Assembly: GCA_034412795.1 (NCBI GenBank)
Contig: DAOUMD010000016.1
Location: forward strand, 178-64,177
Length of the DNA stretch: 64,000 nt
Source of the DNA: Anaerolineae bacterium
GTDB taxonomy: Bacteria > Chloroflexota > Anaerolineae > 4572-78 > NAK82
Direction: 5' to 3'
Position numbers and translations under genes: made by a program. The stretch's first letter is position 1, and every line of letters starts with the position of its first letter. Shown piece after piece: positions 1 through 8,756 of the stretch. Below the pieces are notes generated by a model that did no database searches, had not been told where the DNA came from, and saw nothing but the letters and a program-made list of their open reading frames with translations.

Positions 1-23
1 AAGTTATTCTTGGACGCTTCCAT

Positions 24-166
24 GGGGTAACAATTGCAGACGAAGGACGAAAGACGAAGGACCAATTATTGGCCCAGATCTCTTCGTCGTTCGTCATTCG
101 TCATTTGTCATTTGTCATTCGTCATTCGTCCGGCTGAGAGAGTGTTACCCTATTTCTGAACCATCC
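24..166 (+). mobile_element. MITE-A copy (left end at or beyond the window edge)
   Basis: GGGTAACAATTGC...(GACGAAG-type hairpin)...six TCGTCAT-like heptads...GTGTTACCCTATTTCTGAACCATCC; homologous to 25899-26002 and 63611-63752. Confidence 0.7.
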
Positions 167-1496
167 TTCTCGGTGGATTTGGCATGAATACCCTTGTAGG
201 ACGCTTGGCGAATAAGCTGGCAACGGCCAGGACCAGCGAAATAACGGACATCACGATCAACGGCGTCTGGTAACTCCCCAATTGGTCACGCGCGATGCCC
301 AATGGCACCGGCCCCAGCGCTGATCCCCCGATCAGTAATACGGAGCTGATGCCCGTGATACTTCCCAGGTGACGTCGCCCGAAGTAGTTGGCCCACACGA
401 CGCTCCCCACCAGTCGCATGAGTCCCCCGGTTATACCCAATAGGACGCCATAGGCCAATGCCAACGTGATGTTTCGCATTTGCTGGGTTGCGGTGAGAGA
501 CAGGGCCTGCACAACCAAAGCGATCGCCAATAGAAAACGGACCGGCACCCGGTCGGCCAGTAGGCCACTGCTCAGGATGATGGCAGCCTGCGTGAGACCA
601 ACCGGGACGAACACGGCCGCGGCGATGGTCGCGCTCAGGCCATTATCCTCAAAGATGCGCACCAGGTGGAAGAACAGTCCCGTGCCGGCCATAACAATGA
701 AGCCGATGCCCAATACAAAAATCCAGAAGGCGGAGGTACGGACGACTTCATCGGCCGTCCAGTTTTCCTCAAGCTGGGCTTGAAGCCCAGCCCGGGTTCC
801 ATCTTCACCACTTGTTTCATCCAATTCCGGGTTTGACTTGACATAACCATCAGGCTTCAGCCCGTAGTCTTCCGGGTGGTCGCGAAACAGCAACAAGCCC
901 ACGGGGACCATAACCAGCAGCAGAATGAGGCCCAAGATCGTGTATGCCGAGCGCCAGCCATAAGAGGCGATGAGCCGGTTGACGAAGATAGGAAAAGCTC
1001 CGAAACCCAGCAGCGACATGCCCAGGCCGGCAATACCCATGCCCATTCCGCGCCGCCGCACCCACCATTGGTTGATTACGTTGGTGCTGACCAGGTCCAG
1101 ACCACCTTTGCCAAAGGTGCGCAGCACCACAAAACCCAAACACAGTGTAACGGCGCTGTGCACCAGACCCATAGCAATACACGAGACGCCCAGTGCGGCC
1201 GCGATTAGGACTACCATGAAACGAGGGCCACGCCTGTCAACCTGGTGCCCGATAAAGGGCAGGGCCAGACTGCCCCCCAGTGGCCCAATCGCAAATAGGA
1301 TGCTGATCAGCGAACGGCTGATGCCCAGGTCTGCAATCAAGTGTTCTACGAAAGGGGACACGCCGTAAGTTTGTCCGGGGCTGGTCATAATCAGTCCCAG
1401 TGCCCCGGCTATAATGATGATCCAGCCATAGTAGACCGGCGATTGGTTCACGCAGCGACTGCTGCGGGTGGGGCCGGGTGTCTGTTTTATTAGCAT
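150..1496 (-). CDS. MFS transporter
   Basis: 448-aa ORF with about 12 hydrophobic helices and MFS motif A (GHQVDRRGPR) after TM2. The last codons (RMVQK) and the TAG stop lie inside the MITE-A terminal repeat. Confidence 0.85.
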   Translation of the reverse strand: MLIKQTPGPTRSSRCVNQSPVYYGWIIIIAGALGLIMTSPGQTYGVSPFVEHLIADLGISRSLISILFAIGPLGGSLALPFIGHQVDRRGPRFMVVLIAAALGVSCIAMGLVHSAVTLCLGFVVLRTFGKGGLDLVSTNVINQWWVRRRGMGMGIAGLGMSLLGFGAFPIFVNRLIASYGWRSAYTILGLILLLVMVPVGLLLFRDHPEDYGLKPDGYVKSNPELDETSGEDGTRAGLQAQLEENWTADEVVRTSAFWIFVLGIGFIVMAGTGLFFHLVRIFEDNGLSATIAAAVFVPVGLTQAAIILSSGLLADRVPVRFLLAIALVVQALSLTATQQMRNITLALAYGVLLGITGGLMRLVGSVVWANYFGRRHLGSITGISSVLLIGGSALGPVPLGIARDQLGSYQTPLIVMSVISLVLAVASLFAKRPTRVFMPNPPRRMVQK

Positions 1497-1677
1497 TATG
1501 TGCTGGCCAAGTTGGTTTCTGTCTTGATCTTCAAAGATCGGTTGACGTCTATTTTACCTGATTTGTTCCAGGAAGCCATCTTGGCCCTCTTGTCTGAAGG
1601 CATGGTTCATTCGAGATTCCAACACACAGGGGGACAAGTTAGCAATTACGAGCGTGAGATAAGATAAGGGAGACTAC

Positions 1678-1706
1678 TTGACAAATCAGTCATACTGGGG
1701 TATATT
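1678..1706 (+). promoter_or_regulatory. sigma70-like promoter (TTGACA-17-TATATT)
   Basis: Read directly; ~340 nt upstream of the ROK regulator, with a MITE-B copy in the leader. Confidence 0.5.
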
Positions 1707-1895
1707 ATTTCTTGCTGAAAGGAATTGCCTTATCTTCATCCTAGCTGCCTGTGGGGCACAGACTCGTTTCATGGTTTGTTGGCCAGAATCCTCGTACCCA
1801 CTGAACTGCCTTCCGCCTCGATCGATAGAAACTCCTATAGGATTGGGCCAGATATCCACTTTGGCGACGCGGCTAGCTGAGGGCCTTATTTGTTA

Positions 1896-1988
1896 CTAAG
1901 GATTGGGAATTAAACAACTTCCTCAAATGCAAGCGAAATACTAGCCTGATTTAGTTGGCTTGTGGGTAAGTTATTAAATCCTTAGTCC
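1896..1988 (+). mobile_element. MITE-B copy (93 bp palindromic repeat)
   Basis: CTAAGGATTGGGAATT...AAGTTATTAAATCCTTAGTCC; ~90% identical by eye to 18704-18796. Confidence 0.6.
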
Positions 1989-2043
1989 TAGACTGGGCCT
2001 TGATTTGATGGAGAGAAGGTACTAAAACCACTTGAGAGGGGCA

Positions 2044-3246
2044 ATGATGCACGCGGGTGACGCGACTTTCCTTCGCCGGGTTAATCAAGCTGCCGTTTTG
2101 GAGCTAATCCGTGAACAGGGTCCAATCAGCCGCTCCGAGATTGCGCGCCGTCTGCATCTCAGCCCCGCTACCATCACCCGTATCGTCAACGATCTTCTCG
2201 ATAATGGCATCGTGCTGGAGGGCGGCCCGGTTCACTCCCAATATGGGCGGCGTCCCGTTCTCCTTGAGTTCAACTCCCGCGCAAGCTTGATTATTGGCGT
2301 CTACGTACACAAGAATATGATGGGTGCCCTGTCCGACCTGAATGGTGAGATTCTGGAGCGCCGCGTCCTGCCGTCCGTTCCTGGTGAGAAGGGAGTGCGA
2401 CGTCTGATTGCCCTGATTGAAGATTTGCTTCGACTGTCCAGGGATTACGGCCCTCCAGTGCGCGGCGTCGGGATTGGTGCACCCTCCATCGTTACCTTCG
2501 AGACAGGTACTGTCATCTGGGCCCCCAGTCTTGGCTGGCGCAATTTGCCTCTTAAGAGTCGGCTTGAGGAAGCGCTCCACCTTCCGGTCTTCGTGGAGAA
2601 CGAGGTAAACCTGATTGCCTTGGGCGAGAGCTGGCAAGGTGCCGGACAGGGCGTGAACAATCTAATTTGCATCTCGCTGGGCGCTGGCATTGGAGCGGGC
2701 ATTATGCTCAACGGGCAGCTTTTTCGGGGATCTCACGACGCAGCCGGGGAAGTCGGCTACATCATTCCCAACGAAGCTTGCCTGGGACGCGAATACGATG
2801 AGTACGGCTGCTTGGAGAGTCTGGCGGGAAGTATGGGTATTGCAGCGCGTGCCTCGGCACGTCTGGCCGATGGCGTACCCTCGGTTCTTCGAGAGTGTGA
2901 CGAGTTCGACCCCTCGAAGCTCACGGCAGAGATGGTGCTTGCAGCGGCCAGAGAAGGTGATCCTCTGGCCCAGTCTGTGCTCAATGAAACCCTGGATTAC
3001 CTGAGTATTGCCGTCGCCAACCTGATTTGCATTTTGGACCCTGATCGCATTGTGATCAGTGGCGACCTGGCAGAATTTGGGGATTTGTTCGTCGAACCTG
3101 TTCGGTTGCGTCTGGAGGGTGCGATACCTCAAGTCCCGAACATCGTACTGTCGGAATTGGGGACGGACGCGGCGGTGCTGGGCGCTCTGGCCATTGCCTT
3201 GTACAAGACCGATGGTGGCGTTTTTGTGCACAAGACCCAGGCTTGA
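2044..3246 (+). CDS. ROK family transcriptional regulator (wHTH + ROK domain)
   Basis: N-terminal HTH (ISRSEIARRLHLSPATITRIVNDL) followed by a ROK sugar-kinase-like domain. ATG 2044 is preceded by GAGAGGGG; the track ORF opens at TTG 2032. Confidence 0.85.
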   Translation: MMHAGDATFLRRVNQAAVLELIREQGPISRSEIARRLHLSPATITRIVNDLLDNGIVLEGGPVHSQYGRRPVLLEFNSRASLIIGVYVHKNMMGALSDLNGEILERRVLPSVPGEKGVRRLIALIEDLLRLSRDYGPPVRGVGIGAPSIVTFETGTVIWAPSLGWRNLPLKSRLEEALHLPVFVENEVNLIALGESWQGAGQGVNNLICISLGAGIGAGIMLNGQLFRGSHDAAGEVGYIIPNEACLGREYDEYGCLESLAGSMGIAARASARLADGVPSVLRECDEFDPSKLTAEMVLAAAREGDPLAQSVLNETLDYLSIAVANLICILDPDRIVISGDLAEFGDLFVEPVRLRLEGAIPQVPNIVLSELGTDAAVLGALAIALYKTDGGVFVHKTQA

Positions 3247-3330
3247 CTGAGGCCAAAGACCCAGGTTATCCACGGCCGAGATGGCGGGACACGTGGTACT
3301 GTGAAGTGATGAGGAAAGGAGAAAATTGTC

Positions 3331-4134
3331 ATGGATAACGTTCTGGCCGGGCATACCAACAGTTATCACACTTATGGGTTGGACGAGGCGCTGGAGGGTA
3401 TCGCGCAAGCCGGTTTCAGGTACGTCGAACTCTCCGCTGTGCGTGGGTGGACTGAGCATGTCCCTTTGGAAGCTACCGATGCCCAGATAGCTGAGATCAA
3501 AGCCAAGATGAGCCAGCTTGGGCTTCAAGCATCCGCGTTGAGCGGGCATTCCGATCTGACCACGGCTGAGGGTGTGGTGGACGGCAAGAAAGCCGTCGAT
3601 CTGTGCACCAAGCTTGGCCTGTCCCTTATGGTCACCGCCATCGGCGGCCACTACAGCGAGGACGAAGACAAAGACTCCTTTATGGGCTACATCCACGACC
3701 TGGCCGACTATGCCGCCGGGCAGAGTGTTGCCCTCGCCCTTGAGGTGCACGGCGACATCATGGCTTCCGGTCAGCTTTCCATCCCACTCATCAAGGAAAT
3801 CAACCGGGACAATGTGAGGATCAACTACGATACCGCCAACTGTGTGTTCTACGGCGGCGTGGAGGCTGTCGATGATTTGAGGCCGGCCGTGCCCTATTTG
3901 GCTCACATTCACCTCAAAGATACAGGTGGCGGCCAGCGCGAGTGGAATTTCCCCGCCATCAGCGAGGGGCGGCTTGATTTTGACGCCATTCTTAAACTGC
4001 TGGATGAGGAGGGCTACACTGGCCCCTTCAGTGTTGAGATTGAGTTCCAGGGCGAGCCGTGGCCCCCGCTATCAGAAGTCAATCGCTCAATGAAGGTATC
4101 ATACGAACATCTCAAGAGTTTGGGGCTGTCGTAA
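3331..4134 (+). CDS. sugar phosphate isomerase/epimerase (xylose-isomerase-like TIM barrel)
   Basis: 267 aa, family-typical N-terminus (GFRYVELS...), RBS GGAAAGGAG upstream. Confidence 0.8.
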   Translation: MDNVLAGHTNSYHTYGLDEALEGIAQAGFRYVELSAVRGWTEHVPLEATDAQIAEIKAKMSQLGLQASALSGHSDLTTAEGVVDGKKAVDLCTKLGLSLMVTAIGGHYSEDEDKDSFMGYIHDLADYAAGQSVALALEVHGDIMASGQLSIPLIKEINRDNVRINYDTANCVFYGGVEAVDDLRPAVPYLAHIHLKDTGGGQREWNFPAISEGRLDFDAILKLLDEEGYTGPFSVEIEFQGEPWPPLSEVNRSMKVSYEHLKSLGLS

Positions 4135-4145
4135 GGACGAGGATC

Positions 4146-4185
4146 CTAAGGGTTTCAGGCGAACCGCAGGTTTGCGCACCCTTAG
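4146..4185 (+). repeat. REP-like hairpin (CTAAGGGT...ACCCTTAG) adjacent to MITE-C
   Basis: 8-bp stem with a ~24-nt loop containing GGCGAAC, right after the stop of 3331-4134. Confidence 0.5.
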
Positions 4186-4191
4186 TTAGAG

Positions 4192-4340
4192 TTCATAAAA
4201 GTATAACTTCCCGTGTGTCATTTCGACCGCAGGGCTTAATCCCTCTCAAGGTGGATGGCGCGGCCAACGCTGATGGGGATTTCACGCTATCGCTCGAAAT
4301 GACATAATTTAGGTGCGGGAACTTATACATTTACGGACCC
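4192..4340 (+). mobile_element. MITE-C copy (149 bp) flanked by TTAGAG direct repeats
   Basis: 140/149 positions identical to 40870-41018. Internal long inverted repeats (TGTCATTTCGA/TCGAAATGACA; GTATAACTTCCCG/CGGGAACTTATAC). TTAGAG occurs at 4186-4191 and 4341-4346. Confidence 0.7.
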
Positions 4341-4376
4341 TTAGAGTCTGGGTAACTGTGGAAAGGAGAACCTAAC

Positions 4377-5378
4377 ATGCTCCGAGCGGGAGTGCTTGGT
4401 GCAGGTTTTATGGGGGGCACCCATGCCCGGGCCTTTGCCGAGCTGCCCGATGTGCGAGTGCTGGGCGTTTCTTCGCGCTCGGCCGAGAAGGCGGCTGCTC
4501 TCGCCGGGGAAGTAGGCGCTGAACCATTCACCGATACTATGGCGCTGGCCACCCATCCCCAGGTTGATGTCGTCAGTGTAACTCTGCCCACCCATCTGCA
4601 CGAGGAATATACCGTCGCCGCCCTGAACTCTGGCAAACCAGTTCTTCTGGAAAAACCGATGGGCCTATCGGTGGAAGAATGCGAGGTTATGATAGCTGCT
4701 GCTGACCAGAGCGGTCAAATCCTCATGCTGGCTCACGTTCTGCGCTTCTGGCCGGAATACGTGGCTCTGGTTGACTTCGTGAAGAGCGGCGAGTTAGGTG
4801 AACCCCTTTCTGCTTCTGCCACTCGCCTCTCCGCCAGACCCACCTGGGGGGATTGGTTCACCAACCCGGACTGGACTGGCGGTGCCGTACACGATCTGCA
4901 TATTCACGACTTGGATACCCTCAACTGGCTCTTTGGCACACCTCGGTCGGTATACTCTCGCGGGCAACGAGGAGCTCCCGGCGGGTGGGATCAGGTACTG
5001 ACCCTGGTCGATTATGGCCAGGTGGGTTGCCTTGCTGAGGGCAGTGTGATGATGCCTGATGAATATCCCTTCACGATGACGCTGCGGGTTCTGTGCGAGA
5101 AAGGCTCGGTGGAATTCATCTTCCGTGCGGGTGGCACCGGAGTGGAGACGGGCAATACCTCTGGTATCAGCTTGATGATTTACGAATCAGGCGTGGAGCC
5201 TCGTCCCTTGTCCGCTCCCGGTGGTGATGCCTATAAGGCCCAGGTGGCCTATTTCGCGGACTGCGTACGTGAGAAACGCCCTCCCGAGCGAGGTACGCCC
5301 GAGCAGGGGCGATTGGCTGTCAAGACAGCTCTGGCTGCCCGCGAGGCGCTAGAGACGAATCAGGTCATCTATTTTTGA
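4377..5378 (+). CDS. Gfo/Idh/MocA family oxidoreductase
   Basis: Rossmann motif GVLGAGFMGGTHA and the EKP motif (LLEKPMG). Confidence 0.85.
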   Translation: MLRAGVLGAGFMGGTHARAFAELPDVRVLGVSSRSAEKAAALAGEVGAEPFTDTMALATHPQVDVVSVTLPTHLHEEYTVAALNSGKPVLLEKPMGLSVEECEVMIAAADQSGQILMLAHVLRFWPEYVALVDFVKSGELGEPLSASATRLSARPTWGDWFTNPDWTGGAVHDLHIHDLDTLNWLFGTPRSVYSRGQRGAPGGWDQVLTLVDYGQVGCLAEGSVMMPDEYPFTMTLRVLCEKGSVEFIFRAGGTGVETGNTSGISLMIYESGVEPRPLSAPGGDAYKAQVAYFADCVREKRPPERGTPEQGRLAVKTALAAREALETNQVIYF

Positions 5379-5435
5379 TCACCATCACAATTGCATCGAG
5401 ACAGAGCTGCCTGTTTGAGACAGGGGCTTAGCATC

Positions 5436-6404
5436 ATGAAAAGAAGCGTACGAGTAGCCGCCGTCCAATTCGAGCACGCGCCGGGCGACAAGCGGGCCAA
5501 CCTGGACAAGATTCGTGGTTCTGTCAACCAGGCTGCCCAGGGTGGCGCGAAGATCATTGCATTTCCCGAGTGTTGTATAACCGGTTATTGGTTCCTCAGG
5601 CACCTCAGCCGCGATAAGCTGGTCGAACTTGCCGAACCGGTCTTTGATGGACCGTCGTCGCAGGTTCTTGTCAGTCTGGCCAAAGAACACAATATGACCA
5701 TAGGCGCGGGCCTGGTCGAACTCGCGGAGGACCGGCGTCTCTACAATACCTACGTCGTTGCAATGCCCAGCGGTGAATGCCGTCGCCATCGAAAGCTGCA
5801 CGCCTTTGTGAGCGAGTTCATATCTTCTGGCTCCGAATTCACGGTGTTTGACACGCCTCATGGCTGTCGGATAGGTGTGCTCACTTGCTACGACAACAAC
5901 ATTGGTGAGAACGTACGCATCACAGCCTTGCAAGGGGCGGAAATTCTGCTGGCACCCCATCAAACCGGTGGCTGCAAATCTCCTGACCCGCACACTATGG
6001 GCCTCGTTGATCGTGCACTGTGGGAAGATCGTCACAACAACCCGGGTGCCATTGAGGAGGAACTGCGTGGTCCTAAAGGCAGAAGCTGGCTGATGCGCTG
6101 GCTGCCGACCCGCGCCCACGATAATGGCGTGTACTTGGTGTTCTGCAACGGGGTGGGCGTTGACGACGATGAAATACGCACCGGCAACGCCATGATTATT
6201 GACCCATATGGACGTATCCTGGTCGAAACTTGGAAGGCTGGTGACGATATGGTCGTGGCTGACCTGGACGCCGGACTGCTCGACGTGAGTACCGGCCGGC
6301 GCTGGATCAGAACGCGTCGCCCGGAGTTGTATACGTCGCTCACTATGCCCACCGGCGTCGAACGAGATACCCGCGAGGTTCGGTTTGACGGTGAGGGCGT
6401 GTAA
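5436..6404 (+). CDS. carbon-nitrogen hydrolase (nitrilase superfamily) amidase
   Basis: Glu-Lys-Cys triad context (AFPECCITGY, HRKLH, GVLTCYDN). Start moved to the internal ATG (MKRSVRVAAVQFEH). Confidence 0.8.
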   Translation: MKRSVRVAAVQFEHAPGDKRANLDKIRGSVNQAAQGGAKIIAFPECCITGYWFLRHLSRDKLVELAEPVFDGPSSQVLVSLAKEHNMTIGAGLVELAEDRRLYNTYVVAMPSGECRRHRKLHAFVSEFISSGSEFTVFDTPHGCRIGVLTCYDNNIGENVRITALQGAEILLAPHQTGGCKSPDPHTMGLVDRALWEDRHNNPGAIEEELRGPKGRSWLMRWLPTRAHDNGVYLVFCNGVGVDDDEIRTGNAMIIDPYGRILVETWKAGDDMVVADLDAGLLDVSTGRRWIRTRRPELYTSLTMPTGVERDTREVRFDGEGV

Positions 6405-6471
6405 GTAGTGGGGGGCAGAAACCTGGCTGAATGTGACAGGTGTAAAGAAGCGTTGAAATGGGGATGATATC

Positions 6472-7896
6472 ATGATTGAAGCCTTGAAACTTGTCGAGCC
6501 AAGGTTCGTGCCGCCGCTGGATAAAGGATTTCGTCCCGCGGTATTGGCCAATCGTGAATTCCAAAGATCGCTGGGGGAAATGGGCGGAGGCGTTCCCTTG
6601 GTGCTCGGCCTGGAGCGGGCAGACGGGTCTGTGTCACGTTTTGAAACACAGGTTTTCCCCGACGATCACCCCCGGTCTGATGCTAACCTTATGTATGCCG
6701 AGCGACTGGTTAAATTTCTCCTCTGGCAGCGTGGTGGCTGGAAGGTTTACGTGGGTGGCCCCCAGCGCATTGGCGCCTATATCAGAGGGTGCTACTCCCC
6801 CGATGGCCCCCGCGCATTTGATTATCACTTTATGGGAGAGGACGTCTACGAAAGGACATTCACCATCCATCCCTGTACCCCTGCGGAAGTCCCCGCCCAA
6901 CGCGAGAGCGAACAAGCACTGGGGCGCCACTTAGATGGCTACCGTATTGGCTTTGATCTGGGGGCATCAGATGTCAAGGTCTCGGCGGTCGTGGATGGCG
7001 AGGCAATCTTCAGTAGAGAGGTCGTCTGGGAACCGCGCCAGCAGACTGACCCGGGGTACCACTACGATCATATTATGGCCCTCCTAAAGGAAGCTGCTGC
7101 AAAGATGCCGCAAGTAGATGCCATTGGCGGCAGCTCGGCGGGCGTCTATGTCAACAATCGCGTGATGATCGCCTCCCTGTTCCGTGGTGTACCAAAGGAC
7201 AGGTTCGACGAGGCCAAAAATATGTTTCTGCGCATCCGTGAAGAGCTGGGGGTGCCGCTGGAAATTGTGAACGATGGAGAGGTAACCGCCCTTGCCGGTT
7301 CCATGTCGTTGGAAGATAACGGTGTCCTGGGCATCGCGCTCGGTTCGAGCGAAGCAGGTGGCTATGTCACGGGCTCGGGCAACATCACCGGGTGGTTAAA
7401 TGAACTGGCCTTTGCTCCTATTGATTACAGCCCCACCGCTCCCATAGACGAGTGGTCTGGAGACAGAGGGTGTGGCGCTCGTTACTTTTCACAGCAATGT
7501 GTATTCCGACTTGCCCCAAAAGCTGAGATAGAGATCCCTGAGGATATCACCGATGCCGAGAAGCTCAAATTCGTTCAGGAGAGGCTCGAAGCCGGGCACG
7601 ATGGCGCTACAAGAATCTGGCAGAGCATAGGCTATTACATGGGGTATGCCATCGCCCACTACGCCGACTTCTATGACGATTTGAAACACGTTCTGATATT
7701 GGGACGTTGCACCTCCGGTAAGGGCGGGGTGCTCATTCTCGATGGTGCCAACCAGGTACTCGAGTCGGAATTCCCGGAGCTTGCCGACCGAACCAATATC
7801 CAACTGCCGGACGAAAAGAGCCGGCGTGTCGGTCAGTCTATCGCGGCTGCCAGTCTCCCTGCAATTGCCCCTGCTACGGATAGAGAGAAAGTGTGA
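6472..7896 (+). CDS. ROK/ASKHA-type sugar kinase-like protein with ~150-aa N-terminal extension
   Basis: GFDLGASDVKVS phosphate-1-like motif and an NDGEVTALAG segment typical of ROK/glucokinase folds. Confidence 0.6.
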   Translation: MIEALKLVEPRFVPPLDKGFRPAVLANREFQRSLGEMGGGVPLVLGLERADGSVSRFETQVFPDDHPRSDANLMYAERLVKFLLWQRGGWKVYVGGPQRIGAYIRGCYSPDGPRAFDYHFMGEDVYERTFTIHPCTPAEVPAQRESEQALGRHLDGYRIGFDLGASDVKVSAVVDGEAIFSREVVWEPRQQTDPGYHYDHIMALLKEAAAKMPQVDAIGGSSAGVYVNNRVMIASLFRGVPKDRFDEAKNMFLRIREELGVPLEIVNDGEVTALAGSMSLEDNGVLGIALGSSEAGGYVTGSGNITGWLNELAFAPIDYSPTAPIDEWSGDRGCGARYFSQQCVFRLAPKAEIEIPEDITDAEKLKFVQERLEAGHDGATRIWQSIGYYMGYAIAHYADFYDDLKHVLILGRCTSGKGGVLILDGANQVLESEFPELADRTNIQLPDEKSRRVGQSIAAASLPAIAPATDREKV

Positions 7897-7972
7897 CAGC
7901 CATGTTCAAACTCGATACCGCTCAGTTATTCGTTCCCGATGGCCTCCCCGTTGAAGAGGCCCTGGCTCCCAC

Positions 7973-8746
7973 ATGGCTGTTGGTGCGCATCAGGATGACC
8001 TGGAGATCATGGGGGTTGACGGCATCCTCGCCTGTTTTCAGCAGCAGGATAAGTGGTTTACTGGTGTAGTAGTTACCAATGGCAGCGGATCACCCCGAGA
8101 TGATGTGTATAAGGATTACACCGATGACGATATGCGTGGGGTACGTGTCAAGGAACAGAAGAAGGCGGCCGTGATTGGTGAGTACGCGGCGCAGGTCTTA
8201 CTCGATTACCCCAGCTCGGCCGTGAAAGACGGTTCCAACCAGGACCCGGTGGAGGACATCGCTCTACTACTTAAGATGGCCCGGCCTGGCGTGGTATATA
8301 CTCACAATCTCGCCGACAAGCACGATACCCACGTGGCAGTCACGCTTAAGGTCATAGAGGCCATCCGTACCCTCGCACAGGAAGAGCGTCCACAACGCCT
8401 GTGCGGGTGCGAAGTCTGGCGCGACCTGGACTGGATGCTGGATGACGACAAGATAACTTTCGATTGTTCAGGCCACGAAAACCTCCAGGCGGCACTCCTG
8501 GGAGTGTTCGACTCCCAGGTTTGCGGCGGCAAGCGCTATGACCTGGCTACTATGGGGCGGCGTCGCGCAAATGCGACGTATTTTGCCTCTCATGGCACTG
8601 ACGTGGCCACCGGTTTGATCTACGCGATGGATCTTACGCCCCTAATTGAAGATTCGACCAGAAGCATTGAAGGTTATGTTCAAGAGCATATCCAGCGCTT
8701 TGCTCGAGAGGTTCAGAGCCGGATCGTCAAATGTTTGGAAGGTTGA
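7973..8746 (+). CDS. PIG-L/LmbE family deacetylase (5' end probably frameshifted, see findings)
   Basis: AHQDDLEIM metal-binding motif at the N-terminus. An RBS-preceded 24-codon ORF (7902-7973) in another frame abuts it. Confidence 0.75.
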   Translation: MAVGAHQDDLEIMGVDGILACFQQQDKWFTGVVVTNGSGSPRDDVYKDYTDDDMRGVRVKEQKKAAVIGEYAAQVLLDYPSSAVKDGSNQDPVEDIALLLKMARPGVVYTHNLADKHDTHVAVTLKVIEAIRTLAQEERPQRLCGCEVWRDLDWMLDDDKITFDCSGHENLQAALLGVFDSQVCGGKRYDLATMGRRRANATYFASHGTDVATGLIYAMDLTPLIEDSTRSIEGYVQEHIQRFAREVQSRIVKCLEG

Positions 8747-8756
8747 GAGAAATATA

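Noticed and set aside
2662-3912. 416-aa ORF on the minus strand
   Set aside because: It is antisense to two well-supported + strand genes (ROK regulator, TIM-barrel isomerase). Its R/G/H/V-rich composition is typical of shadow ORFs in high-GC DNA, and it has no recognisable motifs or RBS.
5385-6551. 388-aa ORF on the minus strand
   Set aside because: Shadow ORF opposite the nitrilase-family gene, which carries the catalytic-triad motifs; no family features.
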